The position numbers were made by a program, and so were the translations under genes. DNA of 48,134 nt, the filler included. It is 3 parts of 3 records of this genome, joined end to end, with 100 filler letters (N's around TTAATTAATTAA, not from the genome) between each part and the next. Parts side by side here need not be neighbours in the genome. Positions count along the whole stretch, not along the records: positions 1 to 24,431 come from SRR20825014_186; positions 24,532 to 44,034 come from SRR20825014_192; 1 more part is not named here. One strand, written 5' to 3'. The notes beneath the pieces are model-generated. The model worked only from the letters and a program-made list of their open reading frames with translations. It did no database searches and was not told where the DNA came from. Of this stretch, positions 20,401 to 26,178 are shown in pieces; within the stretch, counting starts at the first letter, position 1; each line of letters begins with the position of its first letter.

Positions 20401-22236
20401 CGTAATGTAGCCTCGGTTCTAACGGAGGTGCTTGTGCAGGAGTCTGAGGCAATTAGTAAGCTGAAGCTTCGTTACACACTTGTTCGCCAAGCCCTAAAGC
20501 AGCGTGCACATGAGCGAAATGAAGTTGCCAAGCTGTATTGCCGGGTCGTGCTATGCAACCCCAGAGCAAGCTGGCTTCGTGAGCGGGGTGTATGTATTTT
20601 GGCCAAGAGACGTGGATTCTCCTCCGGCCAACAGGCCCCCCAGACTGTCTCATCAGACCAAGATACAAGCAGGAGCCCACACAACAACAACACAAACGAG
20701 GATGTCCTTGGTGGTGGTGTACCCCAATTCTCTCCTCTCAGTTCTCCCCAATCTCTAGGAACCTCCAACAACCGGTCACACACGAGCACCAACCCAACCA
20801 CTTCCAATGCATCCACTACCAATATTGGCGGGGCTACCACCACCACACCAATGGACGATCTATTGAGCTCTGTTTTCCCATTCGCACCTGCGCAGGAGGA
20901 CCTCGTTCTTCGATTCGCACACATGTGTCTTGAGGTAGAGGTTGTGCTGGCGGAGGAGCTTGCGATGCTTAAGAACAAATACGATGGAATTGTGGCATCT
21001 GCATCGCCCAAGTCAGCGGTCCAAGGTGTTGGCAGCTGCGCCCAGTCCGCAACCATGTCCAACTCTGGGGCTACAGCCACTACTACTAATGTTGTGGTGG
21101 CTGGTGTTGGTAGTGGGTCGGTTGGGGACAGCCTAAAGGATTACGACGAGGACACCTCCTCCTCGGATGATGATGGTGGTGGAACAAACACTACCGCCAC
21201 TGTTGTCGTCGATTCTGCTACATCTTTCCCCTCTTCCACCTCCAATATTTACAACAATACCTCCACTGCTACATCTTCAGCAAAGGTAGCGTGTTTTGAC
21301 CCTGACACCCAGAGGCGTCTTGAGGCGCTCTTTGCTCCCCGTACCACTCAGCCTCAAAGGATGACTTCGTCCTTTGACCAAGATGAACAGAGTGATTTTA
21401 CTGACGATGAGCAGGACTGTAGTGATGTACCAAGCTCCCTTGTATTCTTGGCATCCGCCACCAAGGACGGCTCCATCGCCAAAACTATCAAATTACTGGA
21501 GCGACACAGAAACAAGGTCTCCCATCCCCCAGCAACTCCAACAACAACAACCACTGTATCTAAGAAGTCCCAGCGTACAACCCTTAAGAAGGATTCTATG
21601 AACAAAAAGAAGAAGGCTACCACTCCCCTCCCCTCCCCTACTACCACAACTACCACAGCTAAGGATGGCAGTCATCATGATTACGGTACCGTATCCGACT
21701 CCAGCTCCCAAGAGTCTACTACCACCCGTGTACCCTCCCCCATCGGTGTCAGTGGTGATACCACCTCCAAACACCGCAGTAATACAAACAACGCCAAGAG
21801 AACTAGTGGTGGAGATGATCTTAAGAGTAACTTTGTATGCTCTAGTGGAGGAGACGACACGGACGGGGGCCGCCATCACAATGAGGGGGATGCCAACTCC
21901 AACTCCGATGAGGACGACGACGACATGATGGCCAGCACTGAGGAAGATGAGGGTGTGGATATGTGTGATAATCTAAAGCAGATTATATACGAGATGGAGG
22001 AGCAACTTACCAAAAAGAAGGGCGCTACCGATGGGGATGACAAAACACCCTCCCCCTCGAAGAGCAAGAACTCAAAGCAATCACGGCATCCCAATGCGGC
22101 TGCGAGCGCTACTACTGCCAATGAAGATCATTCTGGTAACAACAACCAGCAACAACAACAACAATCTACGGGCACCGAGACAATTCAATTTATGAAGCCG
22201 CTCCACTTCGTGGCGCAGGTATTGGCCTTTAAATAG
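2422..22236 (+). CDS. Giant (6604 aa) intronless hypothetical protein, mostly low-complexity with helical islands; N-terminal MGSGGS
   Basis: 19.8-kb uninterrupted ORF, far too long for chance. ATG follows an A-rich UTR. No domain recognised by eye. Confidence 0.9.
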   Translation: MGSGGSTVSGAADLSRSPPGANNKVASPPTSGSPSQSGRPSSSLASPGPSPPHPNRNPRGTAPRRHHSLGGGPTSSSFGSNGGDSSPPSVTFQTAADSGGRGDHKSGGDGRHKPSSTSARTLHVHGGGNNTISSSPNPIPKSSSSHQQQQLPGSDATQSHQPVVHQLGDVTFDNVAQAIPSIRNRRQCNPTDYLGSEENSSTFPDAYLWLNDSVIRLQAERGRRQLSKQLRQQRSARRDQQPTLLDFVGRDSNAKEKQSDEREKEIQEASINRILAGAAVRGGQQPNNNITTSTTGSPHNNNNNKPPRSAPHHKRHRRSCPLRQLSALRDRISILVERALLEDVSPTSPPPPLRTTDKCNDDPLDSNNNKRQHNNNNNSSSNINNVATTSSSSLSATNNNNTTSNAVSGATKACRLSTSQTRGPSEKQIGEGGPGYSPMQSFTSSETPHIKQMDGATTTTTTSSPHPQHHQQPHHQLPIPTTTTSSSSPAISATGKLNLSGGSTSGVLPPLTPTHVEAGATAPSAAPPTVFNAPGMNIVLTVPVTNYHHRQKMEQLPTVNFPVPVPGLSSQETSNANTFPSSPLLGASESSPKMSLTIPTTTSTVQDTQEFLSDFTIERVLHVTALREDLLEAEGCNSEASSDVVKERWELLHGYSKLIFKSYGSKNRCAKLQKLHSLYRKELRDLRRVEREARRRILSSAATASQKELKELESHIDGWSGMLYKYFKHWGQVKSERAFSKLSKNTIGNRLIDAQTALLHQYEMLQVDYLRQASGVEFNPIPAPSVADPYGGMLADDAVDAPSTSDAWLDRHQTALQAAAAGLQVLYSVYGLANSGSMTPRNVLFLHAKRKLIRSFSNKLAQSAHFMAVSSPTTAAAATSQSRRYGGVTLPTGVRRAALPPLTTSNNRHIQEDLGSGGWGDSDSAASPQEPSPTASWNKGGLGGAATTSKQNASAALRRRQRNVFRELVEHAVLHEDRNPTPAPAAVPPSTDKEAQPDSSSPSNKGTASSSIFFPASTKGMLVINPSTNNNNGTSSSSLPTTITTLCDCSDCSDSECSDCGDHVDGGDGGGDDNVQLATSTTSTLHNYHQHGHAHHTSHPHYHTTTAISSSSGSSPQHPARVPANKGSPLIVATLPPPPPTSSSTRHHIRDCSTRPGGKLFIQHLRGACGLVPVGYRGVMHTANLTDNSNNNSSNIPSGRRSGKRRVAASGTGAAAVAQRSSGLSQQGGGVGSSGGGVAPAVNTSFSSMASQDDMEYVRAISRGSINSRVIATGGAVRPGSSSSSPRVGRVGTNTTTTTTTNNNISNNTTALLVGQSQNSSGAFSPVAGNSRSDVSSLSSSRSDDDGNDGGATGFSQMVQDDSTPASNSRRPQRRVRGSYRHPNTHHTVSKSSSRRPGDINTSISSSCTTHPRHHHHHGGSSWLTETIAEILFPGVINNVSGGGGLGARTDSSSNMISILRNPLSSGGATTGSGAGGARRVPSQTVPATSTWGNKSLTSESGGGLGNRTFGSSVTSVGCGATPLQSGGIVGDSAAVTWAASADAPPLSVHSNTAIDADNNTTTSSPNQRPQSQPVGNNSFGTRSSTGGGGAPVLAPSAIFEPRPPVRASSTVGGQAADTSLEGSLVSSKQTPQMVPMFAQMGHLRSEGAEDSQGTIDPYSAISHVSLATHVGGGGVGASGSGRPQSVGGLMSDQTTSNNGSISSPVAGSQFRRRNYASTMNNSMNQSPTFGSPNSAAINLSLPSPPGAQKQQQHSSPAATHNSHHSNVVSPLPVTSPDPSSAIRQRIVNIASGRRSVSALGDASPPGATVSGATSLLALVREERVVVTSIFNMTLSPKYYVQLEYLVRKYTRVGREVLARLPTSPATANGGVTTSVSGESGMIGTTANNNGTSSMDSTSSPQPPPMRRGSGPHQPSRPASLRGASHHSSPAASFVSQGSLLTTSTRASATTKMSNKNTATQGDASSPARTATAATSTSVPEEVDSEEAASWLRELLIARSGANFPQSAVKSLISTFASSYINEHSKRLSASMSAAADLEPFVATATSQQRLVRASGVNPSVKFLSQFAEHHLGSINLSTAAPGSGSEQMRYLRIAAATELYKGVLHPFAIDVTHAPSCVKEMIGEKRLVSGAGSGQNRHMSTFFPMPDPHMFAAPHHHPGTTTSLLSPSVDEQFVLAMDQVYRLLLVAETKTTIPLSVLMSKVAPLILSYKITFINNCFHKDARLAQKAKNDERRRQHQVAMQRYNSMVQQIIATHQQHRVLQQQQSQRGSDGGSIRTSNSSQSNSGSGSSTRGFAQPLQLPPPPPPPEHLELFPPVLSLQSSDVLYGTTRTVKHHVSLPTTAVLVYNTNNNNRAINKYASPVTAPTQKKPNGNEPRRRPTRRSKKGCDPSTSSKRHHSASTTPSGTNIGITNHITNQAGAWTGLMAASVITTQVLRLVAGACQQGGVSHNHNNNSSFDAGSIMGTTGCSEAPALVHTLESVAQCITTCCRTGSSNQLLGKQPPTVHDVSTHNATPSTSSASFLQTPISQLASTNVNVTATCSSIGGESDTSPQGTSPQGACAQAYATSVAVSAAPHQLSQFRSRPLLPWLSRAQSHQLRAFSVIADDIRFASLQPTPPGANFPIEVFPHTYHGLTGVSTSGATTVKVLYPAQYEIQMKEAQRQLFKWAKEHVQNLALLGAQLAVSTISSTHPLPHQQHSSFPMFKSAVVLLRTPGGLASDLFENHPHHLDVPAGGGSAQLVSLGASSSMSSRREARRKQQLSEKTIQEEEDDGSSNDTDAFSLPLKSPLSGSLTPPLVLQQQHNNHRHQNPGILIKYADVVSQSSSALGPKIPSASATSARIDSWFTNLVEHQRVSVLKNVLAQTHRQNSNDVFLFHPSLLRSKHRRKRTTRGLYLAAQRRAASVAGAAAASRHHGGGGGGGDTTDGSHRSGSVQQYRGSTSTRGGNNSSHEDSSTGSNNNGNNSARSNDPRRVNASSTTSRGATGAGGGGGAASPSSPVYPPVNKESVLPPVESGKSRYAREVLSVITLSDSGGYCGSDPLQLVRSIAAKRANFDSSGAITDLLIGDTSTTRRQDVPISNTTNASMSVTPRDTVSLGGGGPCDSSDSIAMFKLQEQRALHFRASHTLNVPPAMLLNPRHINASSCAASVALQPFPTSAKRGKLNAKKMNLASYRSRRRQQQVGRPAAASAATNSSADDGDGDHYNHSTSDAISYPSTTSESEDGVGYKGAASSPRRSGGQFNKSKRSISERIAACSKQFERRRQHVPTRGQRDENLSLFISVLVADVFVQNDVQHVNNPTADNSALLEASTTIDAALDPHGSIPRQHHHHHSSSLSRGGGPEDSSNLLGGDVSGGGASRSRRYRASEVNAPVQLNTRYALLGAIRSAYRRAAQVMQVGAQISDSQLKREFVEDLPKEIANIDTAADTTAAAATAATAADAAAAVLLPSSATPMKPTTTTLTSTPQQPSDDVTSTTAAADAPVVVAPADCPKCQQEQDRILRFLPPAVVSIQGAAMCGTMSQNRRGEITTPLDTMLFTSSSSVDPNLLMHRSATASTHHTIVPKSGSKGRGGGLVAPPPMTSQQPPPLVSPLKRHAIGNYPDPDSGSDRGGGANSSTTTTTTIRGSSLMGMSALAGSTYSGLYTNVPRGVGGAAMASSTNTNAVLNPGGSRLLTGLQFMASDWVRSHTLFTPASLIAASALYSTPYGIIGSTFPLPNPSGGVGGMTASSTLHPFSYPNILQQAGGVVNVASLENAPLGATGAGSSARLAGSQGIISSGGGGDSSMTILKADRPNHRSGLDSDTNSVSNSLSSLDRGIVAHATSAMARVKAAKAAAAQRHDSVVSPTTNTSHHQPWSVAVCASSDEGAAAHTTTSTGSRGGSGALEGSGGGGRGPLGLGNHRASASSYVPHVTTSSSPSGAGGAAAFDAPLLCHRHHAERKKKTELTDMNDDDKERIVSDQRSDGTTGAATSESESGAFGATSPLTPPTHPSKPPRSSRNLPTTTSQLPTRRAVRRLTHQHKLQQHQQQCSKFPISITRGMIFNLPDLFVRYVTEEMAAVPRRFNQHRPQYRPPVPRHTSPAASGRVNTASDLSVYLLAVGLAKGMYRSQLLAPYTHNVPSSYTNDHHNNTFVSNSTLLDDPQTNSSGTSVTRVDTSDHHHSNNNNNNTASASLVAAGASTSGGAAGVSPHDAFTDSISRTSTTPVLSVPHQQQRGAGGVVVVAGSGSRSSPPTHHTSATVYANAVMGPSVRQWMATMRASASPSSWLCPDTTPNLLDASPNIQGGFNQALAGMCGINPTTSPSLLYILAQTALGRGTTPTTTTTTTTTPTTTHHQQSGGGKYLGSGGLKVSGGGGGSHHTLPPVSSSSAKSNSIRAAGGGGGGELDSLAIPTMALLSADTDGAAGGGGSSSQGGSDSGVRLQRGRGGSVGSGSFGGLGDNMASPNVTGVHRGSHQTNSSFRNQVTADKLEQAPVPPPNTLPAGSDLVAASALQGAMQAMLSADTPTSTSCVYLRNHMLTTATTGHHLASVLFNTAPLLPHLVQCSASARQHLRPVAPAINPEDVTVSRFRTYMPPPRGTIPSVDNDLLSLTTVLFGDDLRYKRTLTAAKRASHQQQCERDAKLFALLLESACKHNTYADSGNHQTSSAQSSSSEMATKELLARHSNIAIDTRSLRTPSSIIPAGCASQLFVPLATLAKSQQPALSEEDVLLLTVRQKGTADNYSQQHSHNNNNNTLTPTGDPSAHHNFARFPSLHAANSMSSIGSSNAGALFSNYPNEGGSMTSLPTHTQQQQQQHQGNASHTSTLRANAVNNKGGLGQRYPHINDRTNIHGGGGGPNLPLHGDTEMSLVPARSALALTTALHSASMIGSLAGVSGVQCETIYSNMTLSHHTCLSGKQQADMLALPSPGPSICLSTVNLRTLFSTAPQRVASDVAGSYLQGGGGGGGGARSSAPLASIGSIGSDLIDMSSQNGAGDGPTLRMGLASSYEERTCLDEATYRYAISMLSSLTPQAATLQTQAFGRSVANPNFLVLTASTDVWSSIPSEDVSVFLGMLGTPDWSSNAASTDSFAAMLASALSSSNGTNDQHQQQSRNDGRSPADAAAASTAASNRAAAAARAGGGSESSATGHHNAIWEFVAGRHDMLHELHGFRRTYAGPGLSGVDGSWYQDHFRSGSLQGWGDTRGVFGGELPSTPSNHSRRHSNDTAQPPMPNHDQYHRGSGDSGSSNLSRSGQFQSLPYPLQTSPREYLEFYNIQHYCSNFGPSCPFTTYVAESLQRSRHNDAISHQQQLQHQQSSPLNGSDRSIHSSNSQSLAGGGFDTSNSVLHHPQMMGSTPPSMAPQHQQDAGVTTTPSYLSSRLVQQQGGINSRSNNNNASSSGPQQQMAGSQNAAGSTSNSHHSAVPTPSSPAFAGPAHGPLSTASPSPDTITMISTLLLNITRTSRVRGGRAVFLIHKLSSMLEEAPDAPTLQFLPPSTKPASKVAANSANHSTQAIVSGDTLAATSSVTTPMSVTGDAGHHSVVVDGGGGNTSVSSSSSTLRNPKIRRKSKSIGAAAASTSNITSRPDQSSTSALGSLPSNSLPSLANAPLTPSPPLSSSPPAMALTGPLPPTLTLFSPSVCERADANIRLTRYTDTLSAGECDCLLLSIKVLLMYGDYYFPSNLKQLSNDLSHCAENSIVVSPRSKASSSSPSLGGVCAGGPGGVCSSGGSLFTDETKDKNSKWRHTASRWWEEVSVLQEELEQHVNGQPVAVPDFTTTSLTQIQTAHPLPLFEGSGGHINNKIIKTPNGLPGFAMMDLRHPQTTSSSPSNIASPTNTAAPPSPPSPPSVPQYLPLPSIPPPPPLHVRLYRRFRVVQAQLSRQQRNEDALARGYRSTRYRYANHAATAMGVRDPQAAVNRAPSKVTSDTRLSPSGTLLADAQARATEVVNKTQRRAARVVAASPGMPVPLDTGSNRLPTNGTTTSGGGGASHQSGGAGAYETSPSPRSGDDFRNVASVLTEVLVQESEAISKLKLRYTLVRQALKQRAHERNEVAKLYCRVVLCNPRASWLRERGVCILAKRRGFSSGQQAPQTVSSDQDTSRSPHNNNTNEDVLGGGVPQFSPLSSPQSLGTSNNRSHTSTNPTTSNASTTNIGGATTTTPMDDLLSSVFPFAPAQEDLVLRFAHMCLEVEVVLAEELAMLKNKYDGIVASASPKSAVQGVGSCAQSATMSNSGATATTTNVVVAGVGSGSVGDSLKDYDEDTSSSDDDGGGTNTTATVVVDSATSFPSSTSNIYNNTSTATSSAKVACFDPDTQRRLEALFAPRTTQPQRMTSSFDQDEQSDFTDDEQDCSDVPSSLVFLASATKDGSIAKTIKLLERHRNKVSHPPATPTTTTTVSKKSQRTTLKKDSMNKKKKATTPLPSPTTTTTTAKDGSHHDYGTVSDSSSQESTTTRVPSPIGVSGDTTSKHRSNTNNAKRTSGGDDLKSNFVCSSGGDDTDGGRHHNEGDANSNSDEDDDDMMASTEEDEGVDMCDNLKQIIYEMEEQLTKKKGATDGDDKTPSPSKSKNSKQSRHPNAAASATTANEDHSGNNNQQQQQQSTGTETIQFMKPLHFVAQVLAFK
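3519..3555 (+). repeat. Coding (AAC)n microsatellites (poly-Asn); one example of many AAC/CAA/ACT/GGT runs in the protist genes
   Basis: CAACAACAACAA...CAACAACAACAACAAC is visible. Similar runs occur near 3319-3333, 14905-14925, 15388-15405 (ACT) and 15556-15573 (GGT). Confidence 0.8.
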
Positions 22237-22460
22237 AGGCTGGTAGGAAGTAGAGGGGGGTGGTGTTGGAAGTGGTAGCTTTGGCGGTGTCTCGCCACTC
22301 CACCTTAGATGCCTTCAGCAGCACCCCGAACTATAGCAATACACACACGCCAAATGTACCGAACACACAACCTATATCTTAAAATGTAATTGTTTTATTT
22401 CCAATATGATTGTTTTGATATTTTAAAATAGTGAATGGTGCATTGCAGTGACTGAAATAT

Positions 22461-22497
22461 ACTCCACCCCACTTACTCCCCTTACTCTATTTTGTAG
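22461..22497 (+). promoter_or_regulatory. Candidate trans-splice acceptor for the LRR gene
   Basis: ACTCCACCCCACTTACTCCCCTTACTCTATTTTGTAG is a pyrimidine tract ending in AG upstream of ATG 22571. Confidence 0.45.
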
Positions 22498-22570
22498 AAG
22501 TAACACGATCGTTTCCCATATTTACTCCTATCCCTACCCCTCCATCTTCTTCCCTCCTATCGTTTTCAAC

Positions 22571-24148
22571 ATGTCAACATCATCATCATCACAGTCATCA
22601 TTGATATCGGTGTTGATGTGTACATGGGTCGCTCAGCTATTCCCTATTCCCCGTCTACATGCCTACCTTCGTAGTGCTGGTAACACTGGATACAACTCCT
22701 ATGAGGAGCTGGTAGCGTGTGGTACGATGATACCTGTGACAGTAGCCGTCAAGGAGGTGACTATGAGTAATATCCACCACGTATCCAACACCACCCAACA
22801 ACAACAGCCCCCCAATGATGCTGAAGGTAATCATGGTGATCATGTCACAACCCCACCACTGCCTTCACCACCACCAACCGCCCTCCTAGCCTCCACTCTT
22901 CCTTCATTGGTATCAACGAACAATAACACCAGTGGTGGTGGCACTTCTCCCACTCTCCACCACGCCCCCTTTTATATAACATGGGTAAACCCTAAGCTTG
23001 AGGTACGAGACCCACGTGGGGGGTTCAATAATATGCGTGCCCCACTACGAACTTTAGCACGGGAGGAGGGGTTTGAAGTAGTGGCATCCCATGCCGCAAT
23101 GCAGAGGCATGGTGGTGAGAGGAACGCCGCTAATGACTTGGCAATGTATTGTGGAATCACCGGTATTCAATATTTGTGGAACGTTTCTCTAGAAACTAAG
23201 AAGTCGGGGATCACCACCACCATGATACCGGATGATTTCCTTTGGCAGTGTACACGTACATACTCTATCGAAATCGTCCCAACCCGTGAGTTTGAAGATC
23301 AGATCACCACCATCGGATCTAACTTTATAAATGACTGTCGAAAACTCTCCAGTTTCGATTTCAGGCCGCTTCGAAATGTAACTGTCATTGGGACACGTTT
23401 TATGGCGAATTCTGTTGGGCTCGTCAAGGCAGATCTAACTCCCATGGTGCATCTATCACAGATCGGTTCACATTTATTTGAGCGCTGCACATCTCTCACA
23501 ACCGTCCTACTGCCTGAGTTCAATACCGATGGTGGTGGTGATGGCATCGTTACGAACACCACCAGCAACAACAACAACAACACTGCTCTCACCACAACAA
23601 CCACTGCCACTACAGGTATCCAGATTATTTCCGAGGGATTCTTGTACGGATGTAAGGCCTTGAAACACATGGACCTCACCCCCCTCCGACACATCACCAC
23701 CATCCAGTCTGAATTTATGGGACACTGCGAGGGTCTCGAGTCGATCAACTTATCCTCTTTGGGTAGCAAGGTGTCAAACTTTGGAAATGCAGATGTATTT
23801 TTGCAGAGTTGTTGTGCATTGAAGTCTATCGCCTTGTCCTCCCTTTCAAACATCACAACCATCCCCGCCTTCTTCCTCGGTGGGTGCACCGGATTGGCAT
23901 CCCTCGATCTTTCCCCGTTTAGTAACGTAACGTCGATTGGGATGGGGTTCTTAATCCGCTGTACGGGTCTTACCTCCATTGACCTTTCCCCCATGAGTCG
24001 TGTAGCGACCGTCGACCCAATGTTTTTAGAGGGATGTGCCTCCCTGGAGAGTGTGGATGTGACGGTGATGCCGTTGGTGGTGGCGACGGGAAGGACATGG
24101 GAGTTTGTAGGGTGTACCTCCCTTAAGTCCATCAAGACGGCATACTAA
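22571..24148 (+). CDS. Leucine-rich repeat protein, BspA/TpLRR-like with ~25-aa repeats
   Basis: The C-terminal half has tandem repeats such as LASLDLSPFSNVTSIGMGFLIRCTG and LTSIDLSPMSRVATVDPMFLEGCAS. The first ATG is at 22571; the track start GTG 22448 precedes a pyrimidine tract and is unlikely in a eukaryote. Confidence 0.85.
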   Translation: MSTSSSSQSSLISVLMCTWVAQLFPIPRLHAYLRSAGNTGYNSYEELVACGTMIPVTVAVKEVTMSNIHHVSNTTQQQQPPNDAEGNHGDHVTTPPLPSPPPTALLASTLPSLVSTNNNTSGGGTSPTLHHAPFYITWVNPKLEVRDPRGGFNNMRAPLRTLAREEGFEVVASHAAMQRHGGERNAANDLAMYCGITGIQYLWNVSLETKKSGITTTMIPDDFLWQCTRTYSIEIVPTREFEDQITTIGSNFINDCRKLSSFDFRPLRNVTVIGTRFMANSVGLVKADLTPMVHLSQIGSHLFERCTSLTTVLLPEFNTDGGGDGIVTNTTSNNNNNTALTTTTTATTGIQIISEGFLYGCKALKHMDLTPLRHITTIQSEFMGHCEGLESINLSSLGSKVSNFGNADVFLQSCCALKSIALSSLSNITTIPAFFLGGCTGLASLDLSPFSNVTSIGMGFLIRCTGLTSIDLSPMSRVATVDPMFLEGCASLESVDVTVMPLVVATGRTWEFVGCTSLKSIKTAY

Positions 24149-24431
24149 TATGTAGTAGTCTTCCGACATACTAATGTTGACACCACACTTTCCCAGCATT
24201 ACCATCTTCGCTCGCTACCAGACCAATGGTAATGGGTAATGGGCCATCGAGATATATTGGTAGTACTGATCAAGTAGATACAGTAGTGATCCCACATCTT
24301 TCGCCAGTGACTCCTCTTCAACACTTCTTATCAACCTCCATCGATCATATGTCGACCCTCCTTTTTAGGGTACTCAATTTGTCGATTCTATTCCCGAAAA
24401 AGTCTTTGAAGGTGTCAAGCAGGGCACACTT

Positions 24432-24531
24432 NNNNNNNNNNNNNNNNNNNNNNNNNNNNNNNNNNNNNNNNNNNNTTAATTAATTAANNNNNNNNNNNNN
24501 NNNNNNNNNNNNNNNNNNNNNNNNNNNNNNN
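24432..24531. other. Artificial contig-joining spacer (44 N + TTAATTAATTAA + 44 N)
   Basis: Exactly 100 bp with a central 12-mer that gives stops in all six frames. Identical to the spacer at 44035-44134. Confidence 0.98.
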
Positions 24532-24545
24532 CATTCGGTTCTCTC
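24532..24545 (-). promoter_or_regulatory. Possible RBS + ATG of a minus-strand bacterial gene cut off at the contig edge
   Basis: The reverse complement reads GAGAGAACCGA-ATG, divergent from DUF1489 across an AT-rich promoter-like region. Confidence 0.35.
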
Positions 24546-24752
24546 AGCCTGTAAATCTCTCGGGTTTGGTCCTTCGGACGGACCTTTTCTGCAGCAGAAT
24601 TTGGCTGATTAACCCCTATTGGTCAAGTTTTTTTGTTAAATAGACTTAACTACATTTATTTGTGTGTATTTATAATCCACCCTTGACCCCTGATCGTACT
24701 GGTTCTAGGTCAGGACACAGAATATTTCTCTGCGATGAAAAGCCGTCACAAA

Positions 24753-25169
24753 ATGCCCCTTCACATCATCAAGCTTAGTGTCGGAACGGAAACACCAGAA
24801 GGTTTGCGTGAATGGCAGACCTATTTTCAGGCCACCTATGGCCGGGTGTTTCATACAACCCGCATGACACCAAAACGCAAAGCCGAGATCCTTGATGGCG
24901 GATCAATCTATTGGGTGTTCAAAGGGGCAATTCGCTGTCGACAGCGGATCATTGATCTGGAAGATTTTGTGAACGAGGAAGGCACGAAATATTGCCGTAT
25001 CGTGCTTGATCCCGAACTGATTGAAACCCGCCCCTATCCGCACCGGGCCTTTCAGGGCTGGCGATACCTTACAGAAGACAAATGCGCCCCGGATGACCAA
25101 CAGGGCGGCGGTACAGAAACCCTGCCCGACGATATGGCGGATGAACTTCGTGATCTTGGCCTGATTTGA
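24753..25169 (+). CDS. DUF1489 family protein
   Basis: MPLHIIKLSVG start plus HTTRMTPKRKAEILDGGSIYWVFKG and RAFQGWRYL motifs typical of alphaproteobacterial DUF1489. Alternative start at 24735. Confidence 0.85.
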   Translation: MPLHIIKLSVGTETPEGLREWQTYFQATYGRVFHTTRMTPKRKAEILDGGSIYWVFKGAIRCRQRIIDLEDFVNEEGTKYCRIVLDPELIETRPYPHRAFQGWRYLTEDKCAPDDQQGGGTETLPDDMADELRDLGLI

Positions 25170-25214
25170 TCTGAATGCACCCGTTGCCGCATATCATCTG
25201 CGGCGCAGCCACAC

Positions 25215-26156
25215 TCAGTTCGGCGCCATCGTCCCGTCATCATCAATTTCCCGAAGCGTTGCAGCGACTTCGTTCTTAAGCCAGCTTACAAAAGCCTGCA
25301 CCCGTGGACGCCGAAGGTGTTCTTCGGGATAAACCAGATAATAGGCTCCGTTTGAAGCCACTGTCTGCGGGAAAGGTCGAACAAGATTTCCGACCTTAAG
25401 ATCAAGGGCCGCCAAACTGGTTCGGGCCATACCGATCCCCTGCCCCATCAGGGCAGCCTGGATGACCATGTCACCGGAGTTAAACCGCAAACCCCGACTG
25501 ACATCGACACCTGATGCGCCAACCCCATCAAGCCAAAATTCCCAATCGGCGGCGTGCGGATGATCAATGATCGCGGTGGCATCATGCAGCAATTGATGAC
25601 CGGCAATGTCACTTGGTTCGCAAAGGGTCGGATGTGCGGCAAGATATGCAGGACTGCAGACCGGGAACGACTCATCGCGCATCAGCATTTCACAATTAAG
25701 GTTCGGGTATTTCCCGTTGCCGAACCGCACGGCAAGGTCAATTCCCTCGGTCCGCAGATCAACCATCCGGTCATCGGCATGAATGCGGACATCAATATCG
25801 GGATAGGCTTCGCGGAAATGGCCCAGACGCGGCACCAGCCATTTAACGGCAAAACTTTGCAACACACTTACCGTGACAACCCCGGTTTCCTCGACCAGCA
25901 TCAAACGTTCAATTTCATCTGAAATACGCGAAAAACCTGCACTCGTTGCATGGGCCAACTGTACGCCTTCTTCGGTCAGATGTATCTGCCGCGGCAAGCG
26001 ATGAAACAGCTTGAACCCCAAATAGTCTTCCAACTGGCGCACCTGCTGACTGATCGCGCCCTGTGTTACAAACAGCTCTTCGGCGGCACGGGTAAAACTC
26101 AGATGCCTGGCAGCGGCATCAAACGCGCGCAGCGATTGCAGTGGCGGCAGACGCAT
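25215..26156 (-). CDS. LysR-type transcriptional regulator, GcvA-like
   Basis: MRLPPLQSLRAFDAAARHLSFTRAAEELFVTQGAISQQVRQLE HTH, a WLVPRL motif and a GcvA-type effector domain. GGGAG RBS upstream. Confidence 0.95.
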   Translation of the reverse strand: MRLPPLQSLRAFDAAARHLSFTRAAEELFVTQGAISQQVRQLEDYLGFKLFHRLPRQIHLTEEGVQLAHATSAGFSRISDEIERLMLVEETGVVTVSVLQSFAVKWLVPRLGHFREAYPDIDVRIHADDRMVDLRTEGIDLAVRFGNGKYPNLNCEMLMRDESFPVCSPAYLAAHPTLCEPSDIAGHQLLHDATAIIDHPHAADWEFWLDGVGASGVDVSRGLRFNSGDMVIQAALMGQGIGMARTSLAALDLKVGNLVRPFPQTVASNGAYYLVYPEEHLRRPRVQAFVSWLKNEVAATLREIDDDGTMAPN

Positions 26157-26178
26157 TGAAAGCTCCCAATCATTATGA

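Noticed and set aside
23299..24135. 278-aa antisense ORF over the LRR gene, and the many short alternative-frame ORFs over other genes
   Set aside because: Shadow ORFs of real genes with no recognisable motifs.
24149..24431. Degenerate LRR remnant after the LRR gene (TSID, VDSIPEKVFEG fragments)
   Set aside because: Matches are very short, in different frames and cut by the contig end, so they cannot be supported.
24476..24487. TTAATTAATTAA as a biological repeat or transposon target site
   Set aside because: It is centred in symmetric N runs in both places, i.e. a six-frame stop linker.
24636..24650. CtrA box upstream of DUF1489
   Set aside because: Spacing is TTAA-N6-TTAAC, not the canonical N7.
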